DNA of 64,000 bases from assembly GCF_009914755.1 (NCBI RefSeq), contig NC_060925.1. One strand, given 5' to 3'. Numbering within the stretch: the stretch's first letter is position 1; every line of letters begins with the position of its first letter. The position numbers and the translations under genes are program-made. A model generated the notes under the pieces. The model was not told the origin of the DNA. It was given only the letters and a program-made list of their open reading frames with translations, and did not search any database. This document shows, piece by piece, positions 27,501 through 40,945 of this stretch. The stretch comes from the human T2T-CHM13v2.0 reference genome, Homo sapiens.

Positions 27501-27836
<336 letters not shown>

Positions 27837-28214
27837 TTAAATTCCTACCTCACCACATTTCTCATTCCTGTGAACATAGTCCCCTATATTCATCCAAATT
27901 AAGGATGCTCCCCAATAAACTTCCTTTCTGCAGAAAGGAAAGAAAAGAAACTGGAAAAAACTCTGAATTGCGTCAAAAACAGCTTCCTAAGGAACCACCA
28001 AAACAGGTCAAATAATAGCAATTATCTGGGAATGGAGTTTTGAGGCTGAAAATCTTTGCAGGACTCCCCATTACTTTCAGGATAAGATGAAAAGTCTATA
28101 CTGGGACACGTAAAGTCTTTTAGGGTCTGGTCCCTGCCTAAATCCCCAGTCTCTTTGGCTGACAAGCTACTTAATGTTTAGACTGACCCTATTTTGTCCC
28201 CTCCAGTGGCTGCC

Positions 28215-28500
28215 AGGCTCCTGTTTTTCACCTGATTGAGAGCTTTTGTTTTCAAAATTATTGTGCAGCTGGGGAGGGAGGATAATAAGGAATAGGGCAA
28301 ATTAGAGCAACACAAAGCTCACTGTTCTTACTGAGATTCAGCTCTTTTTCTTGAGAAATGTTCCCTGGGTTGCTGCAAGTGTTTTGTTAAGTTCCAGAGT
28401 TCTGGAAGTGGGAATTCCTACCATTTTTTGCCAGTGTTCTCATTGCTTTTATAAAGGATGAGATTTTCAGAAGATCTTATTCTGTCATTTTTACTGATAT
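28215..28500 (-). mobile_element. Old L1M 5'-end fragment
   Basis: TTTTGCCAGTGTTCTCATTGCTTTTAT...GATTTTCAGAAGATCTTATTCTGTCATT resembles the reverse of L1MC/MD 5' termini. Confidence 0.55.
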
Positions 28501-29018
28501 CCAAACTAAGTTTTAAAGAGTGAATAGAGGAGAGGTTTGTTATGGCAAAGGTGACAGCTTGGGCGAAAAAAAAAAAAAAACAGATGGGAGAAAGTTTGAC
28601 ATATGCAGAAGCACTGCAAGCAGCTTGGAATTGCTGGAACATAAAGTTGAGACAAAGGAGCACAAGGAAAAAAGTTTGAGGAGGCAGGCAGTTGTCAGAT
28701 AATGAGTGGTCCATGTGCTACATTTGAAGATGTTTAAACTTTTTTTGTCTCTCTCAGCTGTTTTCCTTTCAGGGCCAATTTCAAACCTCAGTGATTGCTG
28801 GAAGCCGGTATAGCCATGCAAACTCACAAGTTTTGAATTATCTGATACTAGTAACCTTCCCCTCACCATCTAAGCATTGTTCACCTATGGTCAACACTTC
28901 TATATAATTATCTCTTTAAAATTTCTAAATGCATTTTTAGCTAGCTGAGCCTAGCATTCAATACCTATCACTGCATCAAAAATAAATGGGCAGTATTTGT
29001 AAGACCTCTATTAACTGA

Positions 29019-29115
29019 TTACTGGAGACTATTGAGAAGTGCTCCCATGTTCTTACTGGAGATTATTGAGAAGTCATTACTGGAGATTATTGAGAAGTGC
29101 TCCCATGTTCTTACT
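29019..29115. repeat. Compound local tandem repeat
   Basis: TTACTGGAGA(C/T)TATTGAGAAGT x3 interleaved with GCTCCCATGTTC x2. Confidence 0.95.
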
Positions 29116-29499
29116 TTGGGGTATAACTCTTGATGATACAACTGTACCAGTAAGTGTTAGTTTGGAAAAATAGAAACCATTTTAGGTATTTTCACTAGGA
29201 GGAACTTAATATGAGGACTTAGAGGTTCATATAACCATTGGATATGTTGGAAGATTGAAGATTGAGAAGGCCCCTGGGGGCTTTCAGTGAATCCAAAAGT
29301 GGAGTGGTCATAAGAGGCCATCCTAGATGATCTTAGCTAACTGCAGCACAAGCGAATAATTTTCAGGGAACCCCCGGGAGCCACTGGCAATCCCCACATC
29401 TACCAGTTGCCAGTGCCTACATTCTTGCTTAGCAACTAATACAGGAGAATAGTGACGTATCTTCTGTCTGTGAAACCTCTTGCAAACACCTCATGTTGG

Positions 29500-29960
29500 T
29501 AGCCAGGGGGTGCTTGCTGCTGTACACTGAGATCTCCATTCAGCAATGAAGGACTTACCTCTTAGCTGCTGGGAGTGTTACCAGATGAAATTCTTCAGAT
29601 ATCAGCTATCTTTAGAAATTGCCCTCTGCCAAAGTTCAGAACCACCTTTCTCAAGGCCATGTTCTCTTCTCAAAGAAGCCTACCTTCAACAAGTGGTCAG
29701 TGTAAGGATATAAAGGTCCCAACTCAACCCAACTCAGGACATTTCTGAAGAGACAGCCCAGCTTCGGAAATCCCCATAGGGCTTGGTAAAGTCTGTTTTG
29801 TATCTCAGAACACCTGGGTCTCATCACAGAACAACTTCTCTCTCTGTCCAGTCCTGCTTCCTTCACTTTTTCCACAAGCCTTGAGCCTAAGGGACCTCCT
29901 CAATAAACTGATTATACACTAATCTCCATCTCAGACTCTACTTCTAGGAAGAATGCAAAT
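29500..29960 (+). mobile_element. LTR16-like ERVL LTR (probable 5' LTR of the adjacent relic)
   Basis: 3' portion CCTGCTTCCTTCAC...CTCCTCAATAAAC...CTAATCTCCATCTCAGACTCTACTTC matches the LTR16 pattern. Confidence 0.65.
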
Positions 29961-32582
29961 GGCAGCAAGGTCAGCGATCTAAGAAAGCAGAGGCAGGAGC
30001 TGGGTCACCCTATGGCCAGCTGGCAGTGAGGGCCTCATCACAGGTGCTAAATCCAGCATGGAGAGTCCCTGGCCCAACCAAGCAGTGCAATTGTTAAAAC
30101 ATTCTTTGGGGGTTAACAAATAATACATCAGCAGAAGAAAATGCATTCATTAGTGTAATGTTTTACATGTTCAAAAAATATGGGAAGAGAGAGTAATTAT
30201 AGGAACAATTGAATTGGATGTCTGTTGTTTAGGGGAATTAAAGATTTGGGGAAAGATAATAAAAGGCAAACAGTGATTAATCAATTAAACGCTAGGAATA
30301 AAAGCCAGAAGTCCTTCTTGGTAGGCTGGAAAGAGACTGTTATCTCCTGTAGGTAGAGGGCACAAACAGCTGAGAACCAGGTCTAAATTTTAATCATGAA
30401 AATAGCAAGTTTCTGGAGGTTATTATGTTAAGTGAAATAAGCCGGGCACAGAAAGACAAATATCCCATATTTTCTCTCATATATCGGAGCTAAAAAATTG
30501 ATCTCATGGAAGTAGAGGGTAGAATGATAGACACCAGTGTGTGGGAAGAGTTGTTTGTGTCAGGGGATGGGACGGGGGCGATGAATTGAGGTTTGTTAAT
30601 GGGTGCAAGCATACAGTTAGATGGAAAGGATAAGTTCTAGTGTTTGTTTGATAGGGTGACTATAGTTAACAAAAATATATTGTATATGTCAAAAAAAAAG
30701 CTAGAAGAGAAGATTTGAAATGTTCCCAAAACAAAGACATGATAAATGATTGAGGAGATGGATATCTTAATTACCCTGATATGATCATTACACATTCTAT
30801 GCATGTATCAAAATATCACATGTACCCCATAAATATGTACAAATATTAAGTATCAGTTATTTAAAAATCTTTTAAAAAAGAAAATAGCAAGTTCCAGAGA
30901 AAGTATAACTCTCAATGGACAGGTCTACTATACCAAAAATAGGGCACTTCTGGGGAGAGATTGGGTCCTGAGATATGGGAAGGGGACATCTTGGTTGATG
31001 CACTCAAAAATCTTGAATCCCCCAGTTCCCCTGAATGATTGGACCAACAGAAGTAGCCCACTTCTCTGAAGATGATGCAGAGGACTCGGCCTTGCAGAGC
31101 AACAAATACCCCTCTCAAGATCTTACCTCCCCTCCTGGCCGCCAGAACGATAACTAGGGTTAAGTAGCAACACAGTCCATCAAGGAATGCCAGTCTTGCT
31201 TCGGAAGGGAAGGATTCTTTTCTGAAGTAGCTATAGGGCATAGTCAACATGTGCCAGCTGGAACCAGTGCAGTAAGTAATGGATGGGATTCTGAAGGTTC
31301 TGAATCCAGGGGAGCAGACCATAAAATTGATTAGAGAGAGTTTATCAGTATGAGGGCACACTGCCTTAATCCAGACAGAGATTAATACTCTATCTTGGAC
31401 CCCAGGAGATAGTTCTAACAGACCATCAGGGTGGCTCCTAGAACTATGGAAAAAGTGATGGCTCATGCTAAGAGGAAATGCTAGAATTGCCAATGCCAGG
31501 TGATAGAAGGAGTGATCAAAGAAGTGGGCATGCCAGACTATATAAGGCCAGAAAACCCTCTAGATGACTGTGGACTGTGGGAGAGCCTGGAAGAGCCTAC
31601 ATTTACCAAAGGAAGAAGGAATGTACTGGTGAGAGGGTCACAAGCATCATCAAGAAATTCAGTATTGCTTCTCCTCTTCTGTAGGCCAGGGCCAACTGAA
31701 GAAAGATGCTGTCAGAAAACTGGGCTCACTGACATCAATGTGAGTGACAGGATCCCCAAACAATAAAGGCTAAGTGGCAGTGCTTCACCATCAGAAGCAA
31801 GGCACAATTCTAATAACAAGCAGTAAGTCTGGAGCATCAGCCAAGGGGGCTGGCCCAACTTGAGTATGACGGTGATTAATAGAACCTTGTCCCCAGAGGA
31901 AATTTAGGTGAGTAGACAACAAAGGTTTTTCTCAATCTATATATTTAAAAGAAATAATGAATGGATAATCAGGACATGGAGGAAAGCTTCCACACAAAGT
32001 CATGATCGCTTACCCCATTTCTGGACTGGAGCCAGTTTTCATACCTGCATTTCATTCATTCTAGGGGAAATGACCCTGCAACACCATAACAGTGTGTATA
32101 GTAATGACTCTCTTGGTGCTTCTGTAAAGTTACCTATGTTCATTTCTTCTGGAAACCATACATTGAGAAAAGGGGAAGAGCCAAGCATATCTAAGACTGT
32201 TGGACACTGGAATTAAGTTAGCGCTGATGTCCAGGGACCTGATGCATCACCATGCTCCTGCCCCAGTTGAGAGCCAGGACATATGGGGGCCGCTAATAAA
32301 TGGAGTTCTGGCTCAGATCAGTCTCACAGTAGGTCCACTGATTGTGCAGATCCTCCTGGTAGTCATTTGACTGATTCCTGATTCAATAATTGCAATAGGA
32401 ATACTTTGTATTTGCCTAACCTCCATTTTGCTTCCAGTGGCATCACTGCTATTGTAGTGGGGAAGGTCAAATAGAATCCTTTGAAAGTGTCCAACCCCCT
32501 GGTCAAAGTGGTAAAGTCAAGGCAACATCACCTCCCTGGGGGTAATGGCAGAGATTACTGTCACCCTTAAAGAGCTGGCATC
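29961..32582 (+). mobile_element. Ancient ERVL (HERV16-like) gag-pro-5'RT relic
   Basis: Protease TTGGACACTGGA (LDTG, about 32200); INGVLAQISLTVGP and VGKVK...QHHLPGG...EITVTLKE are homologous to the HERV-L ORF at 15950-16684; gag-like ORF 31500-31766 (YIRPENP...FTKG.RN.LV). Confidence 0.8.
30412..30879 (+). mobile_element. 5'-truncated L1MA 3' end inserted into the ERVL gag
   Basis: CTGGAGGTTATTATGTTAAGTGAAATAAGCC...GTACCCCATAAATATGTAC; perfect 14-bp TSD GAAAATAGCAAGTT (30398-30411, 30880-30893). Confidence 0.92.
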
Positions 32583-32966
<384 letters not shown>

Positions 32967-33059
32967 TTAATATGCTATAAGCTAGTTACTCTGGAGACCT
33001 TTTGTAATTGACCAAAATTCTCTCTATCCATAGCTAAAGTCTTTCACTAGCCATTAAAT

Positions 33060-34470
33060 GTTGGCTTTCCTTAGGGTTTTGTCCTAGGCACCCTTTTCCA
33101 CTCAATAAACTCTTTCTGGATGGTCACTATTGCTAGATGGTTTCAAGTACTAACTGTGGGCTAGTATCTCTGTGACTCATACCTTTAGGTTTCCAAAGCA
33201 GGTGGGTCCTATGAGCTCTAGACACACATATCCAGTGCCTATTATCAGAAGCCTCCTAGTCATCCCAAACTCAATATGTCCAAAATTAAACATATGATCT
33301 TCTTCCAGTAAAACAAATGAAACCAGGTTTCCTCCAATGTTCCTTTACTTATTACAGCACTTACATCCATCCAGTTACACAAGCTAGAGATCTATGTTGC
33401 TACGTCCTCCCTGCCTCCCTCAATCCACATCTAATTGTCCCTAGGTTCTGTCATGTTAATGTTAAATATCTCTCGAATCCATCCAGCTCTCTCTGTGCCC
33501 ACCACCACCAGATACCCTGAGCTACAATTGTCTCCCAGCTGCTCTCCCTGTGTGTATCAAGGCCCTGTCCACCCCATCTTCACTATAGCAGGAGGGAGAT
33601 AGTCAAAGGCAAATCTGATTATTTCCCTCCCACCAGCCTCTAAGATGACCCCCAATGCTCTTGTCTCTTGGTATCCACACCCTTGGTAATCCCCTCCCAC
33701 ATTGTATCAGAGTAGGTCTGTGTTTCCCATAGATTTTGGTAGAAATAATGGAATGTCACTGCCAAGATGAGGTTATAAAAGCCCTTTCCTGTTGGGCTGG
33801 CTCACACTCCCTCTTCTTACTTGCTCTGGGGGATATAGCTTCTCTGGGGCTTACAGCGGTTCTATGCTGAGTGGCTGTGCAGAGAGGCCCACAAAGAGGA
33901 ACAGAGACCTCCTGAGTGATTCTGGAAGCAGATCTTCATCCCCAGTCAAGCCTCAAACAATGGGAGCCCCCGGTGCAATGATTGAAACCTCTTGTGGGAC
34001 CCTGAGCTAGAACCACCCAGCTAAGCCATACCTGAATTCCTAACCCTCAGAAATGGCATGATATAATAAGTATTTGTTGTTTGAAGCTGCTAAGTTTTGG
34101 GGTAATTTGTTACATCACAAAAAATAAATATCATCCAGTGATTTCCCAAAATTCTTTAACGTGGCTCTCAAGGCTCAATATGATCTGACCACTAACTATA
34201 ATGTCTGCACTTCTGCCGCCATCTCCTCTCTGCCACAGACTGTACCTAGACTATCCTTCCGCCAATACTGTTACCACTCTGCACACACCGTTTCCACTGC
34301 CAGGAATGTGCTCCTCAGATTTGTTCATCAAAGTTAAAATCTACTTCCTCACATTTCAGTCCAAGCCCCTTCATGGAAGGCTACTTTTGTCTCCCAAATG
34401 ATTAAGTCAAATCCTTCTTTTATAAGCCAGGATGGCCCCATTCACTTCTCTTTGAGGGCACTTGCCTGGT
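33060..34470 (+). mobile_element. L2 fragment interrupted by a MaLR LTR
   Basis: CCAAACTCAATATGTCCAAAATTAAAC, CATCCATCCAGTTACACAAGCTAGA and other L2-type motifs. Confidence 0.65.
33630..34130 (+). mobile_element. MLT1 (MLT1F-like) MaLR LTR
   Basis: CTAAGATGACCCCCAATG...AACCACCCAGCTAAGCC...GCTGCTAAGTTTTGGGGTAATTTGTTAC. Confidence 0.8.
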
Positions 34471-34474
34471 TTAA

Positions 34475-34650
34475 TGATAGCTAATACTTATTGAGGAATT
34501 ACTATGTGCCGGCACAGTCCTAAGTGCTTTGCATAATGCATATAAACCCTCACAACCATCCAGCAAAGTGCCCCCACTTTACAGATGAAGAAACTGAGGC
34601 ACAGAAAGGTCCAGAACATTGCTGAAGGTCACCCAGTGAGTATGCAGATT
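34475..34650 (-). mobile_element. MIR SINE
   Basis: TACTATGTGCCGGCAC...TTTACAGATGAAGAAACTGAGGCACAGA. Confidence 0.8.
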
Positions 34651-36454
34651 TACATATTCTTGTGTGTTTATTTGAGTGCATCCATTGCTCCAGGAAACTG
34701 GATGCTCCATCATGGCAGACACCTCTTCTTTTTTTGCTCACAGTGGCCCTAAATCTTCTTTCCTAACTATCCCAATCGTATAACCATGGAGTTGTCAGGG
34801 AACCTAGGAAAGGCCTGAGTTACAGAATTTCCATGGGGCAAGGAACAAACAGACCCTTTAGCCCACTTTGAGATTTGGACATACAAAGGTCAAACTGTGT
34901 GTGGACAGGGGCTTCTTTTATGTGACCGGCTCTTCTGTTCCTTCCCTCTCTGCTAATACAGTCCTGCTGTTCTAAATGAACTCCAGAATAGCACAAAGTA
35001 CAGGCAAGGAAGGTTTTCAGGAGGGAATACTGCCAACCAGGCAGGACTAGAGTCCTAGACATTTCCTCTCTGGGCAGCAGGAGCACATTTCATCAATGGC
35101 TGGGGTGTGGAGCCTTGGGCCAAAGGCTGAGGCAGACAGACTTCCAGGAGGATGAGGCCATCGCCGGAAGCCAACGCCCAGGACCCCACAGTCAACCCTC
35201 TGCCACTCAGGTCCTGCCAGACAGGAGCAGCAGGCACAGTCACCCAGGCAGAAGAGAGGATGGTGCACAGGGAGGGCATAATGCCAGATGGTGGAGCCGG
35301 ACGAATGGCCAGCCAGCTGGCACCAGCCTAGTGCCAACTGTTAGTAGAGACCAAGCAGCACAGTAGAAGGTGGGATGTGGGGTGGCTCACCCCAGCTCCT
35401 CCCAGGGTGCTGGGGCTGACAGCCTGGGGTCCACCCTGGTGAGGCAGGACCCTCTCCTCCTCATACTGTGCAAGGAGCTCTGATCCTGGGTTCATAAGAC
35501 GTTGGTTCAAACCCAACTGCATACTAGCATGTGACCTTGAGCAAATCACATTACTGTACTTGCTCTAACTGATTGGGCAGCTGCCATGAGAACAAATTAA
35601 GTTACATATATAGAGATGGTTTGCTAACAGCAAACTACAAATGAGTATCTACAGGGTGGCTATGACACTCCAAACACTCATCAATTGTTTTCTGTTTGCA
35701 GTCTACTTTTGAATACTAAAAGTGTGGGCCCACCTAAAGGGATTACAAAAGTATAGACCTGGTTCGCAGCAGTTACAGCTCCATCAGTACTGCAATTAAC
35801 AGGGGCTCATGGTCTTTGTCAAAGCGGGCCTGGTCTTGCCATCGGTCCAGTAAACCTTCTCCCTGGGCCCGTCTCTGGCACTCACTGTTCCCCTTTTCTC
35901 ACTCATGCCTGTTGCCGGAGTAATGTCCTCTGGCGATGGCTCTGGCCACATTGCGAAGCCTTCCCTCTTCACCCTCCCAACAAGTTTATCTCCATACACT
36001 CCATTCCCTTCTGCTTGGGGCCCATTCACACAAGCCCTCCCTGACAGATGTTAGAGTTAACAGTGTGTGTACTGAGTTGTAGCAAAAAATAAATTTAAAC
36101 ATGGATCAAAACTGGGCGGCTTGCTGAGGAAGTGTTTCCAATCCACCTGGGCATGCCACGTTTTGTTTGAACTCATTGGCTTCCACACCGGCTGTGTGAT
36201 GGGGACATGCCACCCTAACCTCTCTGTGGGAATGCCAGGCAGACAGACGCAGAATGAGCTCCAAGGGCCCTGCTGGTAGTGCTCAGTCTTGAAAAGGTCT
36301 AGCGGTTTGAGTCTCTCTTCAATGAGATACTCTAGATTTTGTAACTCTGCAAAGTTTTTATTGATCTAACATAAGTCCATTTCATCTAAATGGTTATGGT
36401 TTCCCAGCTGTGAGCCAGATATTGTGCTAGAAGCTCATATAGAAATAGGAACCA

Positions 36455-36565
36455 GGCTGGGTGTGGTGACTCGTGCCTGTAATCCCAGCACTCTGGGAGG
36501 CCGAGGTGAGGGAATCCCTTGAGACCAGGAATTTAAGACCAGCCTAAGTGAGACACTGTCTCTAT

Positions 36566-36604
<39 letters not shown>

Positions 36605-36653
36605 AAAGAAAAAAGAAAAGAAAAAAGAAAAGAAAAAAAAAGAAGAAAAGAAA
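36455..36653 (+). mobile_element. Alu monomer (FLAM-like) with long A/(AAAAG)n tail
   Basis: GGCTGGGTGTGGTGACTCGTGCCTGTAATCCCAGC single arm, then a run of more than 30 A and AAAAG repeats. Confidence 0.88.
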
Positions 36654-38109
36654 GGGGACCCAGATACAGCCCTGCCTTCAAGGAGCTTACACACTGTACT
36701 AGAACGGTTTCCAAAGTAATGAGTAAGTTGTCTGGGCTGTACTAGAAGGCTCTACAGAGTAGGCAGCCTTTGAATAGGTTCCTAGGGTCTTAAAGAATAG
36801 TCAAGAATGCTGGGGCAGAGTTTAAAAAGACATAGGGCATGAAGGCACACACAGCTGGGCCATGGTGGGTGTTCTGGGTCAGCCTAACTCTGTCAGAGAT
36901 GCTTCAGGAAACTTCCCAGCCAAGGCCTGGGCAGAGGAGACAGCTAACCCTCAGCTCCAGCTAAGTGTCACCATGTGGAAAGCAGGCTCAGCTTGGCCTC
37001 CTCTCTGAGCTTTCAAAAGATGTTAGCAATTCAGATTTCACACACACACACACACAAAAATTCCTTGATTTTTCATTGTTGGTGACCAATTCAAAGAAAA
37101 AAATGGCCATTTAGGCCAATTGCAACAGATGCTGTGGTGCCCCAAACACAGCCAGTCATCTTCCAGCTGCTCTGAGCATCGTGCTTCCTTCCCTTTCCCC
37201 AGCCTGCATTTCCCTTCACCCCTGCTCTGCCTCTCCCCTTCTCCAGCCTGCATATTTCTTCCTTCACCATCATAGGTGTTTCTCTCTTTTTCAAAGACAG
37301 TTCAGTAGAGTGGAACTGTCACAAGTTTTGAAGCCAGCCATCCTAGTAAAATTTCAAGCTGCCATTTACCATGTGATTTTAGGTAGGTTTTAGGTAGGTC
37401 TTGTTCTTAATGTCCTAAATGGGCAAAAGTGGGTAAGAATACCCACACCACAAAGTTGTTGCAAGATTACATGACATCAGGTCCATAAAGAGCTTGAAAC
37501 ACGGGTGCATAGTGAGTCTCCCTGCCCCCAGTTTGCTTCTTTTGTTTCATTTCTTCTTCCTCACTTTCTCTGTTGATTAGAAGAATTAGGCAGAATAAAT
37601 GCTACGTAAAACACCAGATAAAATTTTCTTTACATTGTATTTTAAGAAAAACATGAAATTATATAACATAGTTTTTTATCTACATAGATTCTAATTTTTC
37701 TCTCTTTTTTTTTTTTTTTGGTATTTCATACCTATAAATTAGTGGGCAAAATTCCCAGTAAAGAAAGTTGTCATCAGAAGCCAAGAGTGTTCCAACAGTG
37801 GAGAGCCCTTGCGCCACCCAATGAAGTTACACCATGCACACCTGGTGAATCATAGCTTCCCTCCCAGAGGCTGTGTTCTCTTTACTTCCTAAGAAGCAAT
37901 GGTGCATTCTCAAGAGCAATGAACATGAAGTAACGCAGAGCACATGCCAGACATCTGATCCTTCTGGCCATAGGTGCTGAGTCAGAGATAGAGCCTGGCA
38001 CACCTCTTCTATCGTATTTTTCCATTTTTAATGTGCAAAGTGAGGTGCTATGCTAAAATCCTGTTTTCTTCCAAGTGTTTTATGAGGCTTGCATATGCAC
38101 TCTGAATCA

Positions 38110-38270
38110 TCATTTGATTTGGTTTATTACAAAGGATACAATTCAGAAACAGCCAGGTGGAAGAGATGCATAGGGCAAGGTGTAGGGAAGAGGCATGGAG
38201 TTCCCATGCCTCTCTGGGTGCATGACACCTCCCAATACCTTAATGTGTTCACCAATTTGGAAGCTCCACA
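38110..38270 (-). mobile_element. MER21-like LTR fragment
   Basis: TTTATTACAAAGGATACA...GGAAGAGATGCATAGGGCAAGG...GTGTTCACCAATTTGGAAGCTC. Confidence 0.6.
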
Positions 38271-38517
38271 GGTGTTTCCTGAAGTTCTTCCAAAGCCAGG
38301 CCCCAGGCCCTGCCTCTATAGAACTGATCTGTCACCTGAGACTCCAAGTGCAGCCCAGAGGAGGTATTTGGAGCATCAGCTTGAAATTCTGTAGCTAGAG
38401 TTCAGAAGAGTAGGGTGTCAAACAGGAGCTAGAGAGAGGAGTTGCCTGGCTATGATGCTGGAAAAGAGGAAGGCCTGGTTAGGGTTAGTCCATTATCCAA
38501 TACAAGGAAATTCGTTT

Positions 38518-39500
38518 TGAGAAATAAAATTAAATGCTAAGCCCCCCAACCTACTGAAAGGACCATCTCTTGGTCAAGGGGACCACAGAGCAACCTTGAA
38601 AACTGGCTTCTCAGCCATGATGGGATGGGAGATCAGACAGACCTAGTTATACCTGCTCCTTTGCTAACCACAAATAGACTTCCGTCCCTAAAGGCTGAGC
38701 AGATACCAGCCCTTTCAAATCCACCACTGATACCAACAAACTGTCTAACACTTCCCCTCCTTTTATGCCTCATAAGAGACTCAGCTACTCAGAAGGCTGA
38801 GACTGGAGGATCCCTTGAGCCCAGGAGTTCTGGGCTGTAGTGTGCTATACCAATTGGGTGTTTGCACTAAGTTTGTCATCGATATCGTGACCGCCTGGGA
38901 GTATGGGGCCACCAGGTTGCATAAGGAGGGGTGAACTGGCCCAGGTCAGAAATGGAGCAGGTAAAAATTCCTGTGCTGATTAGTAGTGGAACGTGCCTGT
39001 GAAAAGCAACTGCACTCCAGCCTGGGCAACATAGTGATACCTATCTGAAAAAAAATAAACAAATAAATAAATAAGAGCCCATCAGCCACCCAGTGGTTAT
39101 GACCAATCTACAGAGAATTTCACATCCTCTGCTTTACCTTTTGATGTCAGAGGGCTGACACCTTCAACCCCAGGTCATGCTAACGCCACCATTATTTGTA
39201 CATAGGACGAATGAAGGGGCCTGAAGCTCCACTGCACATGTGCATGTTTCTCTTTTCATGAATATTCATGATCCCTCCCATAGCCTATTGAATATGTATA
39301 TTTGACCACTCCATTCAACATAATTTTTTTTTCCCTTTGCCCCTCCCTCAGAGTGCCTATTTCTGGCTTCTGGCTTCTGGCTTCTGGCCAGAGGCTACAT
39401 TTCCCAGTCTGCCAGAATGGCCACCTGCAGGCTGCAACCCTTTATGAGAAATAAAGCTCCCTTTTCTAAATTTATGAACCTCATCATTTTTCAGTTGACA
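38518..39500 (+). mobile_element. ERV1 MER4-group solo LTR (MER50-like, tentative) carrying a 7SL retrocopy
   Basis: TGAGAAATAAAA...CTAAGCCCCCCAAC start; AATAAAGCTCC...TTCAGTTGACA end. Confidence 0.75.
38780..39070 (+). pseudogene. 7SL (SRP RNA) processed pseudogene, 5'-truncated
   Basis: Contains the S-domain absent from Alu (GCACTAAGTT...CCACCAGGTTGCATAAGGAGGGGTGAACTGGCCCAGGTCAGAAATGGAGCAGG); A-rich tail; TSD ATAAGAG at 38772-38778 and 39071-39077. Confidence 0.95.
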
Positions 39501-39589
39501 ATTGTATGGGCACTGGGGAGCCACTGAAGGATTCTTTACTAAGAAGAAACATATCAAACTGGGCTTCAGAAAGATTATGCTGACTGCAG

Positions 39590-40487
39590 ATGAATTAGAT
39601 AAGACCCATACTGGGCATCTCTTGCTTGGATGATGCAGTAGCCTTCTAACTGGGCCTCATGCATTCACCTTTGCCCCACTTTAACCGAGCCTCAAATCAG
39701 CAGCCAGAGAGATCCTGACAAAATGTGTTAGGTGTGATTGCCAAGGCCTCTGAGGATGCCTCCCTTGTGGTCATGAAGGCTAATGTTTTTTCTACAGCCT
39801 TAATCCCTGTGCAACCTCCCTTAACCCTGTCCCCCCACTGCCCTCTCCTCGCTCCCTCCACACTGGTCACGCTCACATAGCCACCTGACCCCCTGCCCTT
39901 TCTGCAACCCATCGCCAGGCTCTCTCCTCATATTGTTGCACTTGCCCTTCCTGCTCTTCCCTCACCTATCACAGCACTGCTACCTCCCTCCTTCAGGTCC
40001 TCACTCAAGTGTCACCTCCCTAGGGAGGACTGCCCTGGCCGCTTTCCGTAAAATCACACTGTATGGCAGAAGCACTGAACAGCAATAACTTAAGCATATC
40101 CTAAGAATGACCCTCTGATCTGAGACGTATGTGTGTTTGTAGTTCCAAGCTACGAAATCCAAGAGTGGCCAACCTAGAGATTCACTCCTTATCTATGAAG
40201 AACATCCTAGTCCCTGGCCCATCCCTTGGAATGCAGGCTGTACAGCGGATCAAGGCCCTTTGTTTTGGTTGAAATGGAGGCTGCTAGGCAGAGGTTGATA
40301 AGTGAAAATGCTATATAAACTGCATGCTTTTTATAAACAGTAGCAGTTTTCCTGTCCAGCCCACCACCTCTGGATGACCCTGTGTATAAGTCCTCAATAA
40401 ATCTTATGTCTTGTTTGCTGGCTCCAGGTTTGTTTTTTGGTCTTTTGAACACTGTGCCATCAGTATTGGAGTAAATAGAGCTTTGCA

Positions 40488-40520
<33 letters not shown>

Positions 40521-40945
40521 CACACACATGAACTCCCCACTTCATAGCTGGGCTGCAGAGCATCATGGCACCTGATCCAAGGAGCAAGCAGGTTCTGAAT
40601 GGAGCCCTTGCTCCACTTGCCAAGGAATGTCCAAGTGTGGATTGCATTCCCCAGAGGAAGGGTGCTTTGACTGAGCATGAAGGCCAAACTATATCCTGCA
40701 GGAAAAGGGCACTGTTTTTTTTTATTTGTCTAGAATCTGCCTCATCCTGCATTCCATCCTCCTCCCTTTTACTTATCATCACCTTACATGTTATGTAGTT
40801 TATTTCTTTACCTTGTGTGTGTCTGTCTCCCCTGCTAAAATGTAAGCTCCATGAGTTTCAATCAATACTGTTTCTCCAGGGTCTAGAAAAATGCCTGATA
40901 TGTAGTAGATGCTCAATAATATTTTTGAATGGATTATGAGTGAGT
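39590..40945 (+). mobile_element. L2 3' fragments interrupted by an LTR47-like LTR
   Basis: GCAGTAGCCTTCTAACTGG, CAGCAGCCAGAGAGATCC, terminal ATGCTCAATAATATTTTTGAATG. Confidence 0.7.
40060..40492 (+). mobile_element. ERVL solo LTR (LTR47-like)
   Basis: TGTATGGCAGA...GCAATAACTTAAGCATATCC...GTGAAAATGCTATATAAACTGCATG...CTCAATAAA...CACA; CACAC on both flanks. Confidence 0.78.

Noticed and set aside
29019-29115. CRISPR-like repeat-spacer appearance
   Set aside because: Mammalian context, the spacers are identical or absent, and there are no cas genes; a local duplication.
30912-31493. 193-aa minus-strand ORF
   Set aside because: Antisense to the decayed ERVL gag; no recognisable domain; consistent with chance.
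34900-35460. GC-richer unique segment with a plus-strand acceptor-like site (about 34960) and several short ORFs
   Set aside because: No recognisable protein similarity or matching donor; cannot be supported as an exon without transcript data.
40207-40782. 191-aa minus-strand ORF
   Set aside because: Runs through an LTR and a CA microsatellite (CVCVCV); no protein features.
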